From: an uncultured Acidobacteriota bacterium
GTDB taxonomy: Bacteria > Acidobacteriota > Terriglobia > Terriglobales > Acidobacteriaceae
Length of the DNA: 64,000 nucleotides
Assembly (NCBI GenBank): GCA_963711965.1
Contig: CAVQGF010000059.1
Span: 1,646 to 65,645, forward strand
Direction of reading: 5' to 3'
Shown: positions 49,081 through 59,158 of the stretch, piece after piece
Layout: the number at the start of each line of letters is the position of its first letter
Position numbering within the stretch: the stretch's first letter is position 1
The notes under the pieces: model-generated
The model's database searches: none
What the model saw: the letters and a program-made list of their open reading frames with translations, nothing else
Told to the model about the DNA's origin: nothing
Made by a program: the position numbers and the translations under genes

Positions 49081-50214
49081 CTAAAATTCTCCAGCCCGGT
49101 CGTCGCTGTCGCGCTTCATCTTCTTACTCTCGGCGAGGACGCCGATGGAGTGCATCAGGTTCTGCAGCGTGACGATTCCTACCAGCCGCTCGTCATCCAC
49201 CACCGGAAGAATTGTCATCCCGCGCTGGGTGAACTTGCTGAAGGCGGTCGCGAGCGATTCCTTCTTGTTGGTGGTCTCGTAGGCGCGGTCCATGATGGAC
49301 TGCACGTAAGCGTTGCCGTCTCCGCGCAGCGCGTCCATGATCTTCTGCTTGGTCACGACGCCCACCATGTCGGTGCCGCGGATAACGGGAAAATCATCCT
49401 GCAAAGTGTGGACGGCTTTCGAGAGCGCGTCTTCCAGCGTATCCGCCGGGGAGAGCGTGGCGAAATCCGTCAGCATGACCTCTTCCATGCGCATGCTCTC
49501 GAGTGTTGATTGGAATAAGACCGAGCGCTCCTCGAGTTGTGCTGCGATGAACAGCAACAGGCCTGCCAGCATCAGCCAGTTGTTCCAGACCATTCCTGCG
49601 AAGATGAAGAGGATGGCGAAGCCGTGCCCAACGGTGACCGCGCGGCGGGTCGCGGTGACGAAGTCCGTGGTGCGGGCGAACATCGAGCGCACGATACGGC
49701 CGCCATCGAGCGGATAAGCCGGCAGAAGGTTGAAGCCGGCAAGAAAGAAGTTCATCCAAACAAAAGTACGGGGAAGATTTGTGACGGAAACATACGGATG
49801 CTGCAGGACGTGCGCTTGGGGAAGTGTGTTGGCGATGACAATTGCCGAAATGCCAGCCACAATCAAGCTGGCGAGCGGACCGGCGAGTGCGATGCGAACG
49901 TCGCGGGCGAGATTAGCGTTCGCGCTGCGCTGCAGGAAGGCGGTTCCGGGGTCGGAGACGGTAAGCCCGCCAATAGGAAACAGAACGACGGCACGAACCT
50001 TCGTGCCGCTCCGGGCGGACATCCAAAGATGTCCAACCTCGTGCAGCACTACAGAAACAAACAGCAGTCCGACCATGGCGAGTCCGCGCGCGCCGCCGTT
50101 GGCGGTGGTCTGTGGATCGATGGTCCAGAGATAAAGCAGCAGGAGTATGAAGCTGAAGTGGATGCGCAGGTTGACGCCGAAGATCTGCCCCGCCGGAATG
50201 GACCAGGTGCCCAT
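49081..50214 (-). CDS. Site-2 protease-family (M50) zinc metalloprotease with tandem CBS domains
   Basis: Motifs are HEVGH and NLLPAYPLDGGR. The C-terminal CBS pair reads MLTDFATLSPADTLEDALSKAV...FPVIRGTDMVGVVT...ILPVVDDERLVGIVTLQNL. The start is ATG 50214 (MGTWSIP). Confidence 0.85.
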   Translation of the reverse strand: MGTWSIPAGQIFGVNLRIHFSFILLLLYLWTIDPQTTANGGARGLAMVGLLFVSVVLHEVGHLWMSARSGTKVRAVVLFPIGGLTVSDPGTAFLQRSANANLARDVRIALAGPLASLIVAGISAIVIANTLPQAHVLQHPYVSVTNLPRTFVWMNFFLAGFNLLPAYPLDGGRIVRSMFARTTDFVTATRRAVTVGHGFAILFIFAGMVWNNWLMLAGLLLFIAAQLEERSVLFQSTLESMRMEEVMLTDFATLSPADTLEDALSKAVHTLQDDFPVIRGTDMVGVVTKQKIMDALRGDGNAYVQSIMDRAYETTNKKESLATAFSKFTQRGMTILPVVDDERLVGIVTLQNLMHSIGVLAESKKMKRDSDDRAGEF

Positions 50215-50282
50215 ATGTTCTGAAGGATATTGTACTTCTGAAGCAGAGCCGCTAGCCTCTAGCTGCTGACTCCTAGTATTCG

Positions 50283-50843
50283 ATGCGGATAATCGCTGGA
50301 AAATATCGCAGCCACCAGATACAGACCGTTGAAGGGAATGACGTGCGTCCGACATCGGACAAGCTGCGGGAGACGCTCTTCAACGTGGTCGCGGCCGCGC
50401 GACCCATCGAAGACACGGTGTGGCTGGATGTTTATGCGGGCAGCGGAGCAGTCGGAATCGAAGCGCTCAGCCGCGGCGCGCGCCAAGTTTATTTCGTGGA
50501 GTCGTCGAAGAAAGCGGTCGCGGTGATCCGCAAAAACCTTTCTGCTCTCAAAATCGAATCCGGCTGGGAGATCGTGGAGCGCGACGCTGATGCTGGGTTG
50601 CGACGACTGGACTCGCAGGCGATCGCGTGCGACGTTTGTCTTCTCGATCCGCCCTACGCCGAAGAAGAGGAGTACGAGAACGCGCTCGGGTTTTTATCGC
50701 AGTCACAGATGATCGGCTCGCAAACTTTCGTGATTGCCGAGCACAGCAAGCGCTTCGATCCCGGCGACCAGGTTGGGGCGCTGGTGAGATTCAGGAAGTT
50801 GAAGCAGGGTGACGCGGTGCTGAGCTTCTATCGGAAGGCGTAA
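50283..50843 (+). CDS. rsmD: 16S rRNA (guanine966-N2)-methyltransferase RsmD
   Basis: Blocks are MRIIAGKYRS, VRPTSDKLRETLFN, DVYAGSGAVGIEALSRGA and LLDPPY. Confidence 0.88.
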   Translation: MRIIAGKYRSHQIQTVEGNDVRPTSDKLRETLFNVVAAARPIEDTVWLDVYAGSGAVGIEALSRGARQVYFVESSKKAVAVIRKNLSALKIESGWEIVERDADAGLRRLDSQAIACDVCLLDPPYAEEEEYENALGFLSQSQMIGSQTFVIAEHSKRFDPGDQVGALVRFRKLKQGDAVLSFYRKA

Positions 50844-50846
50844 CGT

Positions 50847-51416
50847 TCACATCACGATGTCGTCGCGCCGCTCCTTGTAGCGGCCGATGATAGGGTGCTG
50901 CATGTCCTGCAGGTCGCCGCGGACAAGATTCAGTCCGTGGACGCAGGCTTCGAAATTCTCCGCCAGGCGCCCGAATAGCGGCGCGACTTTCGCGTACTCG
51001 AAGAATTCGAATTTAGAGACGATGTAATAGCTCTCCTTGCCGGCTTTCATGAAATCGATGAAGTTTTCGATGCGGGCACGCCGCAGCCGCTGGTGGTTGA
51101 TGCTCTCCGGGAACATGCCGGTGAAGAATAGCGCCATGTCGCCGATGTGCTTGCGCACCTGGCGCTCGCGGTCGAACGAAGGTGCGTCGCCGTAAACGGG
51201 GTCGGACTCGAGCAGCATCTCGCCCACGTCATGCAGCGGACGCCCTTGCGCGTTGCGTATCTTGAAGAGTTGTTCGGCGTCGCAGAACTCGCACAGCATG
51301 CCGGCGACGTAGGAGTTGAGCTCGTTGTCGTTGCGTCCGAGCGCTTCTTCGTAGTTGCGGTTCACAAGTTCCGTGAACAGCTGTTGCAGCGGATGGCTCT
51401 CCGAAACATTACCCAT
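50847..51416 (-). CDS. Conserved-looking cytosolic protein of unknown function (189 aa)
   Basis: Intact ORF from ATG 51416 (MGNVSESHPLQQLF) with non-repetitive, balanced composition. I recognised no motif. Confidence 0.55.
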   Translation of the reverse strand: MGNVSESHPLQQLFTELVNRNYEEALGRNDNELNSYVAGMLCEFCDAEQLFKIRNAQGRPLHDVGEMLLESDPVYGDAPSFDRERQVRKHIGDMALFFTGMFPESINHQRLRRARIENFIDFMKAGKESYYIVSKFEFFEYAKVAPLFGRLAENFEACVHGLNLVRGDLQDMQHPIIGRYKERRDDIVM

Positions 51417-51606
51417 GCCCGTCACCTCGTTTGTTCTACCGGCCGCCGCCTCACCTCTGGGGTGGTGGCCCAAACTTTTCTCAAGCAGGGGTACTTCGTT
51501 TGACGCCGATTGTGGCTACTTTGGTTATCCAGCGCAAGTGCGAAGTGAGGTGCGGATGAAGATTGTTAGCACTCGTGGCGAGCGATTGCGAAGCCCGTTT
51601 TCGATG

Positions 51607-51632
51607 GTGTACGCGCACGTCCCCGTGCGCGC
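51607..51632 (+). repeat. REP-like element (GTGTA plus hairpin)
   Basis: GTGTA-CGCGCACG-TCCC-CGTGCGCG. It is the reverse-orientation twin of 14547-14572. Confidence 0.55.
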
Positions 51633-51650
51633 AGTGTTTCCTGCTTCCTT

Positions 51651-51700
51651 AAATGCAGATCCCTCGACTCGCCAAACAACGGGGCTCGCTCGGGATGACC
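51651..51700 (-). repeat. Family A element, solo copy
   Basis: AAATGCAGATCCCTCGACTCGCCAAACAACGGGGCTCGCTCGGGATGACC. Confidence 0.7.
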
Positions 51701-51734
51701 TCCGTTGAAGATATTTTTCGAAATCGGGAGCCGT

Positions 51735-51758
51735 GCGGACGAGGGCGTCCGCGCCCAC
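51735..51758 (-). repeat. REP-like element (hairpin plus GTGG)
   Basis: GCGGACG-AGGG-CGTCCGC followed by GC-CCAC. Confidence 0.55.
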
Positions 51759-51785
51759 ACGAGCACCTGTGCAACAATCTTCGGC

Positions 51786-52346
51786 ATGCGACAAAACATT
51801 TCCAGTGGTACTCCGTGGGAGCCAGTGGTCGGCTACTCCCGCGCGGTGAAGGTCGGCAACACCATCCACGTCTCCGGGACCACGGCAACGGGCGAAGGCG
51901 GCACCATCGTTGGTGAAGGCGACGCATACGCACAAGCCATGCAGACGTTGCGCAACATCGAATCCGCGCTCAAGAAGGCCGGGGCGACGATGAAAGACGT
52001 GGTCCGCACCCGCATGTACGTGGTCAACATCGCGCGCGATTGGGAGCAGGTCGGCCGTGCTCACGGTGAATTCTTTAAGGACATCCGGCCGGCCACCAGC
52101 ATGGTCGAGGTGCGCGCGCTTATCGACCCCAAGATGCTGGTGGAGGTTGAAGCGGAAGCCATCGTGGACGATAGCGGCTTGAGCTTGCTCGGCTCGGGGC
52201 GCATAATTGCCCCACCTTATGAGCATTCTCGCCATGTGCGAAGGCCAGCCCGCGACGGTGCATCTGCAGGCCTCGGCCGCCGATTCGATCCGCATGATGC
52301 TGAAGAAGGGCGTGGGCGCGGTCGCCGTAGTCGATGGCGAAGATAA
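51786..52346 (+). CDS. RidA/YjgF-family protein; the natural stop is probably lost to an indel near 52170
   Basis: The protein reads [21 protein letters not shown]...[36 protein letters not shown]...[26 protein letters not shown]. The family normally ends here (~130 aa). The remaining 55 codons are Arg/Gly-rich and overlap the next gene. Confidence 0.75.
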   Translation: MRQNISSGTPWEPVVGYSRAVKVGNTIHVSGTTATGEGGTIVGEGDAYAQAMQTLRNIESALKKAGATMKDVVRTRMYVVNIARDWEQVGRAHGEFFKDIRPATSMVEVRALIDPKMLVEVEAEAIVDDSGLSLLGSGRIIAPPYEHSRHVRRPARDGASAGLGRRFDPHDAEEGRGRGRRSRWRR

Positions 52347-52635
52347 AGTCGTCGGCGTCTTCTCCGAGCGCGACGTGATGAAAAAACTTGCGCTCAGCGG
52401 ACGCGATCCCGAAACCGTTCCTGTCGCCGAGCTGATGACGTCACCCGTTCTCTCCGCCAACGAGAACACTCCTGAGCAGGAAGCACTGGAGACGATGCTC
52501 GGCCACCACATCCGCCACTTGCCAGTGCTCGACCGCGATGGATGCCTGTTGGGCATGCTCTCCATCCGCAACCTGCTCGAAGCCAGGATGAAAGAGCTTT
52601 ATATGCAGCTCGAGGCTCGCGGCGGAGCCGTCTGA
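52219..52635 (+). CDS. CBS-domain pair protein
   Basis: The protein reads [27 protein letters not shown] ... [52 protein letters not shown]. Confidence 0.8.
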   Translation: MSILAMCEGQPATVHLQASAADSIRMMLKKGVGAVAVVDGEDKVVGVFSERDVMKKLALSGRDPETVPVAELMTSPVLSANENTPEQEALETMLGHHIRHLPVLDRDGCLLGMLSIRNLLEARMKELYMQLEARGGAV

Positions 52636-52652
52636 ACGTCTATCACTCACTT

Positions 52653-53975
52653 ATGAAAAATGCTTTGTTAGTTTGCGCCCTCGTCTGCTCAACACTCGCG
52701 TTCGCCCAATCCAACCTGTCGCAGCCTCCGGGCTCGCGGGTGATCGACCTAACGCCCAAGGGATATTTCAATGAGCCGGCAATCGCGGTGAATCCTGCGA
52801 CCCCGCAGCAGCTCGTCGCTGCCTGGCAGGTGAACACCAGCGTCGCTTATTCCGAGGACGGCGGCGCGACGTGGACGACGGCGAAAGACACGGCCTCGAA
52901 GAATTTCAAAGTGTCGGGCGACGTGGCGATCGTTTATGACGCGAAGGGCGCGGCGGTGGTCGCGTATCTCGGCTTCGACAAGCTAGGAACAGAGAATTAC
53001 TGGGCGCACAACGCCACGCGCAACGGATTATTCACGCGCCGCTCTGCCGACGGTGGGAAGACCTGGGACCAGCAGGAACATGCGGTGAAAGAGAATCCCA
53101 CCGCGCCTGGGATTCCGTTTGAAGACAAACCCGGCATGGTCGCTGACACAACGCAGAGCCCGTATCGCGGCAACATCTACATCGGCTGGACGGAATTCAG
53201 CCTGACCAAGACGATCATTTTGTTTTCGCGCTCGTCGGATAGTGGGCAAACGTGGTCTGCCCCCATCGAGATCAGCACGCATGAAGGCCTTCCGCGCGAC
53301 GACAACGGTTCGGTCGAAGGCTTCACCGCAGCGGTCGCGACGGACGGGACTCTTTACGCCACCTGGGCTGATGCCAACAACATCGCCTTCACTACATCGC
53401 ACGACGGCGGGAAGACGTTCGCTCCTTCGCGGACGATCATGGAACATCCCGCGCCGTATTTTCCCATTCCCGGCAGCTCGCGCGGCAACGGCTTCCCGCA
53501 GCTCGCAATCGATCCGCGCAATGGCCTGCTATTCCTGACTTGGAGCGACTACCGCACTGGTGATATCGACGTCTTCGCGTCGACCTCGTCCGATCAGGGC
53601 GGCACATGGAGCGCACCGGTGCGCGTGAGCACCAATCCTATTCACGATGGCACCGATCAGTTCTTCCAGTGGCTCGCTGTCGACCCGGTGAGCGGCGCGG
53701 CGAATGTGATCTTTTATGACCGCCGCAATGATCCCAAGAACAAGAAGATGACAATGACGCTTGCGCGCTCGACCGACGGCGGCAAGACCTTCGCGAATTA
53801 TGCGTGGACGAACGATGGCTTCGAAGGTGGCGACCAGTTCATCGGCGACTACACCGGCATCGCCGCGTACGGTGACAAAGTTTTCGGCGCGTGGTCGGAG
53901 ACACGGGATCCTAAAAACCCCAAGAAGCACAGCACGCTGGTGCGGGTGGGGGTTGCAGACTTCTCAAAAAGGTAA
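52653..53975 (+). CDS. Secreted BNR/Asp-box repeat (sialidase-like beta-propeller) protein
   Basis: A signal peptide is followed by six Asp-boxes: SEDGGATWT, SADGGKTWD, SSDSGQTWS, SHDGGKTFA, SSDQGGTWS and STDGGKTFA. The ORF is intact. Confidence 0.85.
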   Translation: MKNALLVCALVCSTLAFAQSNLSQPPGSRVIDLTPKGYFNEPAIAVNPATPQQLVAAWQVNTSVAYSEDGGATWTTAKDTASKNFKVSGDVAIVYDAKGAAVVAYLGFDKLGTENYWAHNATRNGLFTRRSADGGKTWDQQEHAVKENPTAPGIPFEDKPGMVADTTQSPYRGNIYIGWTEFSLTKTIILFSRSSDSGQTWSAPIEISTHEGLPRDDNGSVEGFTAAVATDGTLYATWADANNIAFTTSHDGGKTFAPSRTIMEHPAPYFPIPGSSRGNGFPQLAIDPRNGLLFLTWSDYRTGDIDVFASTSSDQGGTWSAPVRVSTNPIHDGTDQFFQWLAVDPVSGAANVIFYDRRNDPKNKKMTMTLARSTDGGKTFANYAWTNDGFEGGDQFIGDYTGIAAYGDKVFGAWSETRDPKNPKKHSTLVRVGVADFSKR

Positions 53976-53984
53976 AAATTCTCA

Positions 53985-54150
53985 AGTACGATTGTGCGAA
54001 GGTCGATTGTGTGAAGTTTTTCTCTGCGTGCTCCGCAAAGGTTTCGCGTTCTCGGTGTTATAAAAGCTCTAAACCGCAGAGTACGCGAAGATGGTGGCCG
54101 AGGGCGCAAAGTCTTGTATCTTCGTCCTTCACACAATCACACAATCGAAC
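53985..54150. repeat. Composite palindromic element of about 165 bp filling a convergent intergenic gap (family C arms)
   Basis: The left arm is TACGATTGTGCGAAGGTCGATTGTGTGAAG and the right arm is CTTCACACAATCACACAATCGAAC. Internal inverted pairs are CTCTGCG/CGCAGAG and TTTCGCGTTCTCGG/CCGAGGGCGCAAAG. Confidence 0.65.
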
Positions 54151-55488
54151 TTTCCTTCGGGCTTCGCATTAACCCCATCATGCAAACTATTCCGAACAGC
54201 GGCCCGATCGCCATGCTCGCCACGGCCCAGCGCCATCCATAAGTACTTCCTATCCAGGCGATGGCGCGGATGGAAAACGCAGTCAGCAGGAATCCCAAAG
54301 CAGTCTGCATGGTCAACGCAGTGCCGACGTAATTCGGGTCGCTGACCTCGCTGACGATAGCGGAGAACTGCGCCGAATCGGCGACAATGGCTACACCCCA
54401 GATCATCGTGATGACCAGCAGCGCGTAAAAATGATTGAAGAAGATGGCGGCGAGCACGCAGCAGGCGCCGCTGACGGCCATGCTGATGATGGTGACGCGC
54501 GCGCGCTGCCGGACCGTCGCTCCGACGCGGTCGCTCACGCGCCCGGCCCAGACGCATCCGACTGCGCCGAGTGCGATCACGCAAAAAGCGATGAGCTCGG
54601 AGGTGCGCACCCAAGGCGGAGTGGAGCCCGCGGCCCCAAGGAAGTAGGCCGGCTTCCCTGCGCCGTACGAATGCACAACCAGGGGACCTGTGAAGATCAC
54701 CGCGATCCACGCCCACATGGCGTACAGCTCCCACATGTGCCCGAGGTATCCGAGGTTGGCGAGGCGCAGCTTGCGGTTGCGGAAGGAGTCGCCGATCTTG
54801 TGGTAGTCGAAGGGGGCTGTGGCGCGGCGTAGGGACCTTCGCGCACCGACACTGCCGCGATCAAGGCTGCGGCCACCGCCATCGCGCTGCTCGCCAACAC
54901 TACCGATTGCCAGCGCATTCCGCCGAAGGCGTTCACCGCGTGCGGCGACGCCGAGCCCACCGCCAGCGCGCCGACCATCACGCCGAGCGCCAGTCCGCGG
55001 CCTTCGCGAAACCATCCCGCGAGGATCTTCATTCCGGTGGGATACGTGCCCGCGAGGAACGCTCCCGTCAACATGCGAAGCGAGATAGCAAGCGGAATCG
55101 CGTGCCGCTCCGACGCTGGCACGAAAGCGGCATTCACTGCCGCTGCGGCTAGCGCGCAGACGACGAAGACGCGCGTGGGGCGAAAGATGTCGGAGAGATT
55201 AAGAATCGAGATTATCAGCGCGCCGGCGACGAAGCCGAGCTGCACCGCGATGGTCAGCCATGATGAGACCGCGATCCCGCTTGCCCAAAGGAGTGAAAGC
55301 TGCGGAAGCACCGCTGTCCCGGTGAACCATAGGGACATCGCCAGCAGTTCGGCTATCGAAAGAAGGATAAGGACGCGGCGCGCGGATGGATTCCACGCGC
55401 GGATTGTAAATGACTTGAGCCTCAGCGAGACGATCGGGCGGCAGCTCGTCGTGCAGTAGCCGGAGCATTCCCGAATGCTGCCTTCCAA
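54137..55488 (-). CDS. MFS transporter; one frameshift near 54830; start uncertain
   Basis: About 12 hydrophobic helices lie across ORFs 54697-55488 and 54137-55015 (LSIAELLAMSLWFTGTAVLPQL, MLTGAFLAGTYPTGMKILAGWF, LGYLGHMWELYAMWAWIAVIF). Confidence 0.7.
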
Positions 55489-56352
55489 ACGCGGCGCAGT
55501 TGCCGTGCTCCCGCGAAGCCGCAGCGCTCGGCGATGGCCTCAAGTGTGAGCTCGGGATTGTTCAACAAGCTGCGCACTTGCTCCAGCCGCAAGCGGGTGC
55601 GGTATTCGTGGATGGATATTCCGGTGGCTTGGCGAAACACTCGCGTCAAGTTGCGCGGACTCATGTGGGCGAGCCTTGCCAAGTCCGGCAATCGCGCCGG
55701 CTGCCTGGGATTGGCGATGAACCAATCCTGCACGGCGTGAATGCCGGGATGCAGGTGAGTGCGGTGGTCGAGATAAACACTCTCTTGGCGCTGGTGTCCA
55801 TCGCGGCGCAGATAAACGACCAGCTCGCGGGCCACTCGGGCCGCCATGCGAGGGCCGTGGTGCTGCTCGATTAGGTCCAGCGCCATGTCGATGCCGGAGG
55901 CGACTCCGGCGCTGGTGGTGATGCGCCCGTCCTGCACGAATAGACGATCGCTCATCACTTTCGCGCGCGGATACTTCTTCTGCATCTCTTCCACACGCTT
56001 CCAGTGGGTGGTGCAGCGGCGTCCGTCGAGCAGTCCGGCTTCGCCGAGGACAAAGGCGCCGGTGCACACCGAGCACACCTGCGCTCCAGCATCAAGCGCT
56101 CGCTTGAGCCATGGACCGAGCCCGCGGGGCGGGCCGAGCTTGCGCACCGGATAGCCGGGAACAATCACCACGTCGCCCGCTTGCACATCGGGCAGAGGCT
56201 CGAGGCCAGCAAGGTCACACCCTGCGCGCTCGCAACGGTCGGCGGAGTCGCGCAATGGCGAATGACATAATCGGCGCCGAGCTGCCGCGCCTCATCGAAG
56301 GCCTGAATGGGCCCAGCAATATCGAGCACTCCGGTCTGCGGGATGTAAACGA
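55422..56352 (-). CDS. GlxA-family regulator (DJ-1/PfpI domain plus AraC HTH); one frameshift near 56250
   Basis: The DJ-1-like core reads VVIVPGY...VCSVCTGAFVLGEAGLLDGRRCTTHW...ITTSAGVASGIDMAL. The AraC HTH reads LARLAHMSPRNLTRVFRQATGISIHEYRTRLRLEQVRSLL. The N-terminus (IFVYIPQTGVLDIAGPIQAF) is in another frame. Confidence 0.8.
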
Positions 56353-56355
56353 AGA

Positions 56356-56960
56356 TTACGCTGCGGCTCGTTTGGAACGCTCCTTCAATTCTGCTTCCAG
56401 CTGTGCCACAGTAGTGATGCGGGCAAAGCGCTTGCGCAGCGCGTATTCGGTGCGCTCGCGGATAGCGTCGACGCCGAGCTCTTCGCCGGGTTTGTCCCAG
56501 TTGGGGATGGGAAAGGTCATGGTGCCGTCGATAACGAAATCAACCGCGTAGCCGAGGTCGGCGGCGACGCGCGCCGTGGTGTCGCAACATTGCTCCATCT
56601 GGATGCCGGTGATAGCGATCTTGCGCACGCCTTTTTCCAGCAGCAGTGCGGAAAGTCCGGTGCTGGTGAATACGTTGCGCGTGTTTTTCTGGATGACAGG
56701 CTCGGTCGAGCGGGGCTGGATCTCGTCCATCAGCTTGAACATGGGGTGGTCGGTGCCAAAGCCGGGTCTTCATCGGTGTGGATGAAGAAGATCACGGGCA
56801 GCTTGGCTTCGCGGTAGGCGTCGATCAAACGGCCAACATTTTTTTCGAAGTCGCGATTGTTGCGGCGCTCCCACTTATTGGCGTCGACCTTAAAGGAATC
56901 CTGGGCGTCGACGACCAGCAGAGCGGACTGACCGATTGGGACATCTTTGGAGTTGAGCAT
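56356..56960 (-). CDS. Isochorismatase-family cysteine hydrolase; one frameshift near 56755
   Basis: Blocks are SALLVVDAQDSF, LPVIFFIHTDED and, after the frame change, KIAITGIQMEQCCDTTARVAADLGYAV. Confidence 0.8.
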
Positions 56961-57156
56961 GTTCTTGTTCCCTCCTCGGGAATGATGTCACTTTACGAGA
57001 AAAGCAGGGATGATTCTACACTGCGGCGAGCCGATGAGCGGACATTTTGAGCCAACTATTAAACGATGGTTTTCAGGAGCACCAGACGCGGGGTCCTTCG
57101 CGCTAAAAGCAGGCGCTCAGGATGACAGATGAGAGGGATTGGGAAACCGGGGATTC

Positions 57157-57918
57157 CTACTGCTTGGGAACCTTGAACTCGATGCCGCGCTGGTCGTTGG
57201 CGGCGATGGTTGCGGAACGTCGAGGTCGGCCAGGAGGATCTTCATGCGTCCCTGGCCTGGCTTTACGGCAAGATCGTAGATGCTGGTACCCATGAGCGCA
57301 TAATTTTTGATCTCGCGATGGCTGCCGTCGCGGAAGATCAGGATGGTGCTCACGACTTCTTCCCGGAGCGGCAACCGGCGCAGGCTCGTGTTCGTCTCTA
57401 TTCTCGGCGGTCTTACCGTTGGTCTCGGCGCGACTGCCGTCTTCGCGTGCATCGGTGTAGTCGTGCTGCTGGCGCTGATACTCGGGCGAATCGCCGATCA
57501 ACTGATAGTCACGGCGCCGCTCAAAGACGGTGAGGCCGGGACCGGAATCATCGACCGGCTGCTCGTAATTGGTGGCCGCGGGCTGCGACTCTTCCGTCTG
57601 CGAGTCGTAGTACCCGTAAGGGTTGTAGAGATAGCCGCCGCCGTAGCCGAACCCGCCCACGTTATTTCTAAAGTGATCGCGGTGGCCGTCGTGGCGGAAG
57701 GCATCGTGACGCATGCCATCGTGGCGGAAGTCGCGTGTTCCCTGATTTCCGGTGACGGAGACAAAAAGACGATGGCTGTTGGCCGGAACGCTGGGACCAC
57801 GCATTCCGATAGCACAGCAGCTTCCATTGGTATTGATGGCGCCCGGGATGCGTACTTGGGCTTGCAGCAAAGCACTTAGCCCCAGGGCAAGAACCGCGAT
57901 GCCGATGATGCGCCGCAT
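57157..57918 (-). CDS. Secreted His/Arg/Gly/Tyr-rich protein of unknown function; frameshifts in and out near 57240-57450
   Basis: The signal peptide is MRRIIGIAVLALGLSALLQAQ. Low-complexity stretches are RDFRHDGMRHDAFRHDGHRDHFRNN and GGFGYGGGYLYNPYGYYD. The C-terminal block ILIFRDGSHREIKNYALMGTSIYDL is in ORF 57117-57452, and the end is IAANDQRGIEFKVPKQ. Confidence 0.5.
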   Translation of the reverse strand: MRRIIGIAVLALGLSALLQAQVRIPGAINTNGSCCAIGMRGPSVPANSHRLFVSVTGNQGTRDFRHDGMRHDAFRHDGHRDHFRNNVGGFGYGGGYLYNPYGYYDSQTEESQPAATNYEQPVDDSGPGLTVFERRRDYQLIGDSPEYQRQQHDYTDAREDGSRAETNGKTAENRDEHEPAPVAAPGRSREHHPDLPRRQPSRDQKLCAHGYQHLRSCRKARPGTHEDPPGRPRRSATIAANDQRGIEFKVPKQ

Positions 57919-57976
57919 AGATGAGTAGATGATACTCCCCTTCTGTCTGTTTAGATGCCTTTCCATGTTGGTAGAT

Positions 57977-59034
57977 TCACCTGGGAACAACGAGAACTGC
58001 CGCTATCGCAAGCGCGGCATAACCGGCTAAAGCGGTGCCCAGCGACCACGCAACGACTTTCCGTCCGCTGGTCTCAAGTAGGTCGGCGAAAATTCCACCG
58101 ATGAAAGTGAAGACGAAAGGGAGCGCCCAGATCGCCGCCTGCGCGCCATCGTGCCCGACGAGGTGCAAAACAAAGCACGCGATCAGCGGCGCCGTGTTCC
58201 CAAAGTAGCGCGTCCGCTTCCAGGCGATGTAAGTGATCAGCGCGATGACGAACAGCAGCTGCATGAGCCACCACTGCAACCCTGGCACCACAGCGCCGGT
58301 GTGGCGAAGGCCGATGGCCCAAGCTTCGGGTGTGCCGAGCGCCTGCACGAGGGCGTGAATATCAAATCCATAAAAGACAAACAACCACAGCAGCGCGATC
58401 AGGCAAGCGGTTCCGAGTATCGCCAAACTCGCTTTTCGGCGGCCGGGCGCGAGGTAGAGCATGAAGGCGGCGGCAAGGATCAGTCCAACCATTGCGGCCG
58501 CGAAATATGCGCCGGCAGTCACACCGAGTGCGGTGCCGAGAAGCACGATGCGCGGACGCCACTTCCGCGGCGGCGCATACAACGTATGGGCAACGCCGAT
58601 GGCCGTGTAGATGAGTCCGTAAAGTCCCCAGGCGGCGATGACGTCGTTATTGGCGACCGCGCTGTAATAATGAAGGGGAGTGAGAAGCAGAACATGGCGA
58701 GCGCTACATAACCGCCCTCGTCGTTGTACAAGCGACGAGTGACCCACCAGAGGGCACCGGCGAGGGAGAGGCCGAAGGCGAGACCGATGAGGTACAGCTT
58801 CGCCTGCAAAGGTAGTCGCAACAGATTTAGGAGACTCCCGATCAGAAAAAGGATTTGTCCTTGGACGTTGAATCGCATCGGTCCGCCTTCGACGGAGATG
58901 CCGACGGCATGGAAGCGCACGTGGGTGAGTTCGAAAGAAGTTACCAGCGCGATGAAAGCCAGCAGTAGCAGCGCCGCGATCTGCTGAGGGCGTCCGAACT
59001 TGAACTCGCGGATGAAATCGATCATGCGGCGCAT
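57977..59034 (-). CDS. Polytopic membrane protein of unknown function (~350 aa); one frameshift near 58690
   Basis: There are at least 9 hydrophobic helices across ORFs 58519-59121 and 57977-59116. The start is ATG 59034 (MRRMIDFIREFKFGRPQQIAALLLLAF). Confidence 0.55.
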
Positions 59035-59158
59035 CTTTTGTAACACAGCGCCTAAGGCGGTGCCGCGCCTGGGTCCCTCGGCTTCGCTCGGCACGGCGGA
59101 CAGCTGAAATAGACACAGCATTTGCCTATGCTATAGCTAGGCCAATAGCGAGAGTGAA

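Noticed and set aside
52172-52346. A C-terminal extension of the RidA-family ORF overlapping the CBS gene.
   Set aside because: RidA-family proteins end right after the …VEVEAEAIV block. The extension is Arg/Gly-rich and overlaps a well-formed CBS gene. It probably results from a lost stop after an indel.
51525-52571. A 348-aa - strand ORF across the RidA and CBS genes.
   Set aside because: It is antisense to two recognisable + strand genes and reads through three repeat elements. It has no motif.
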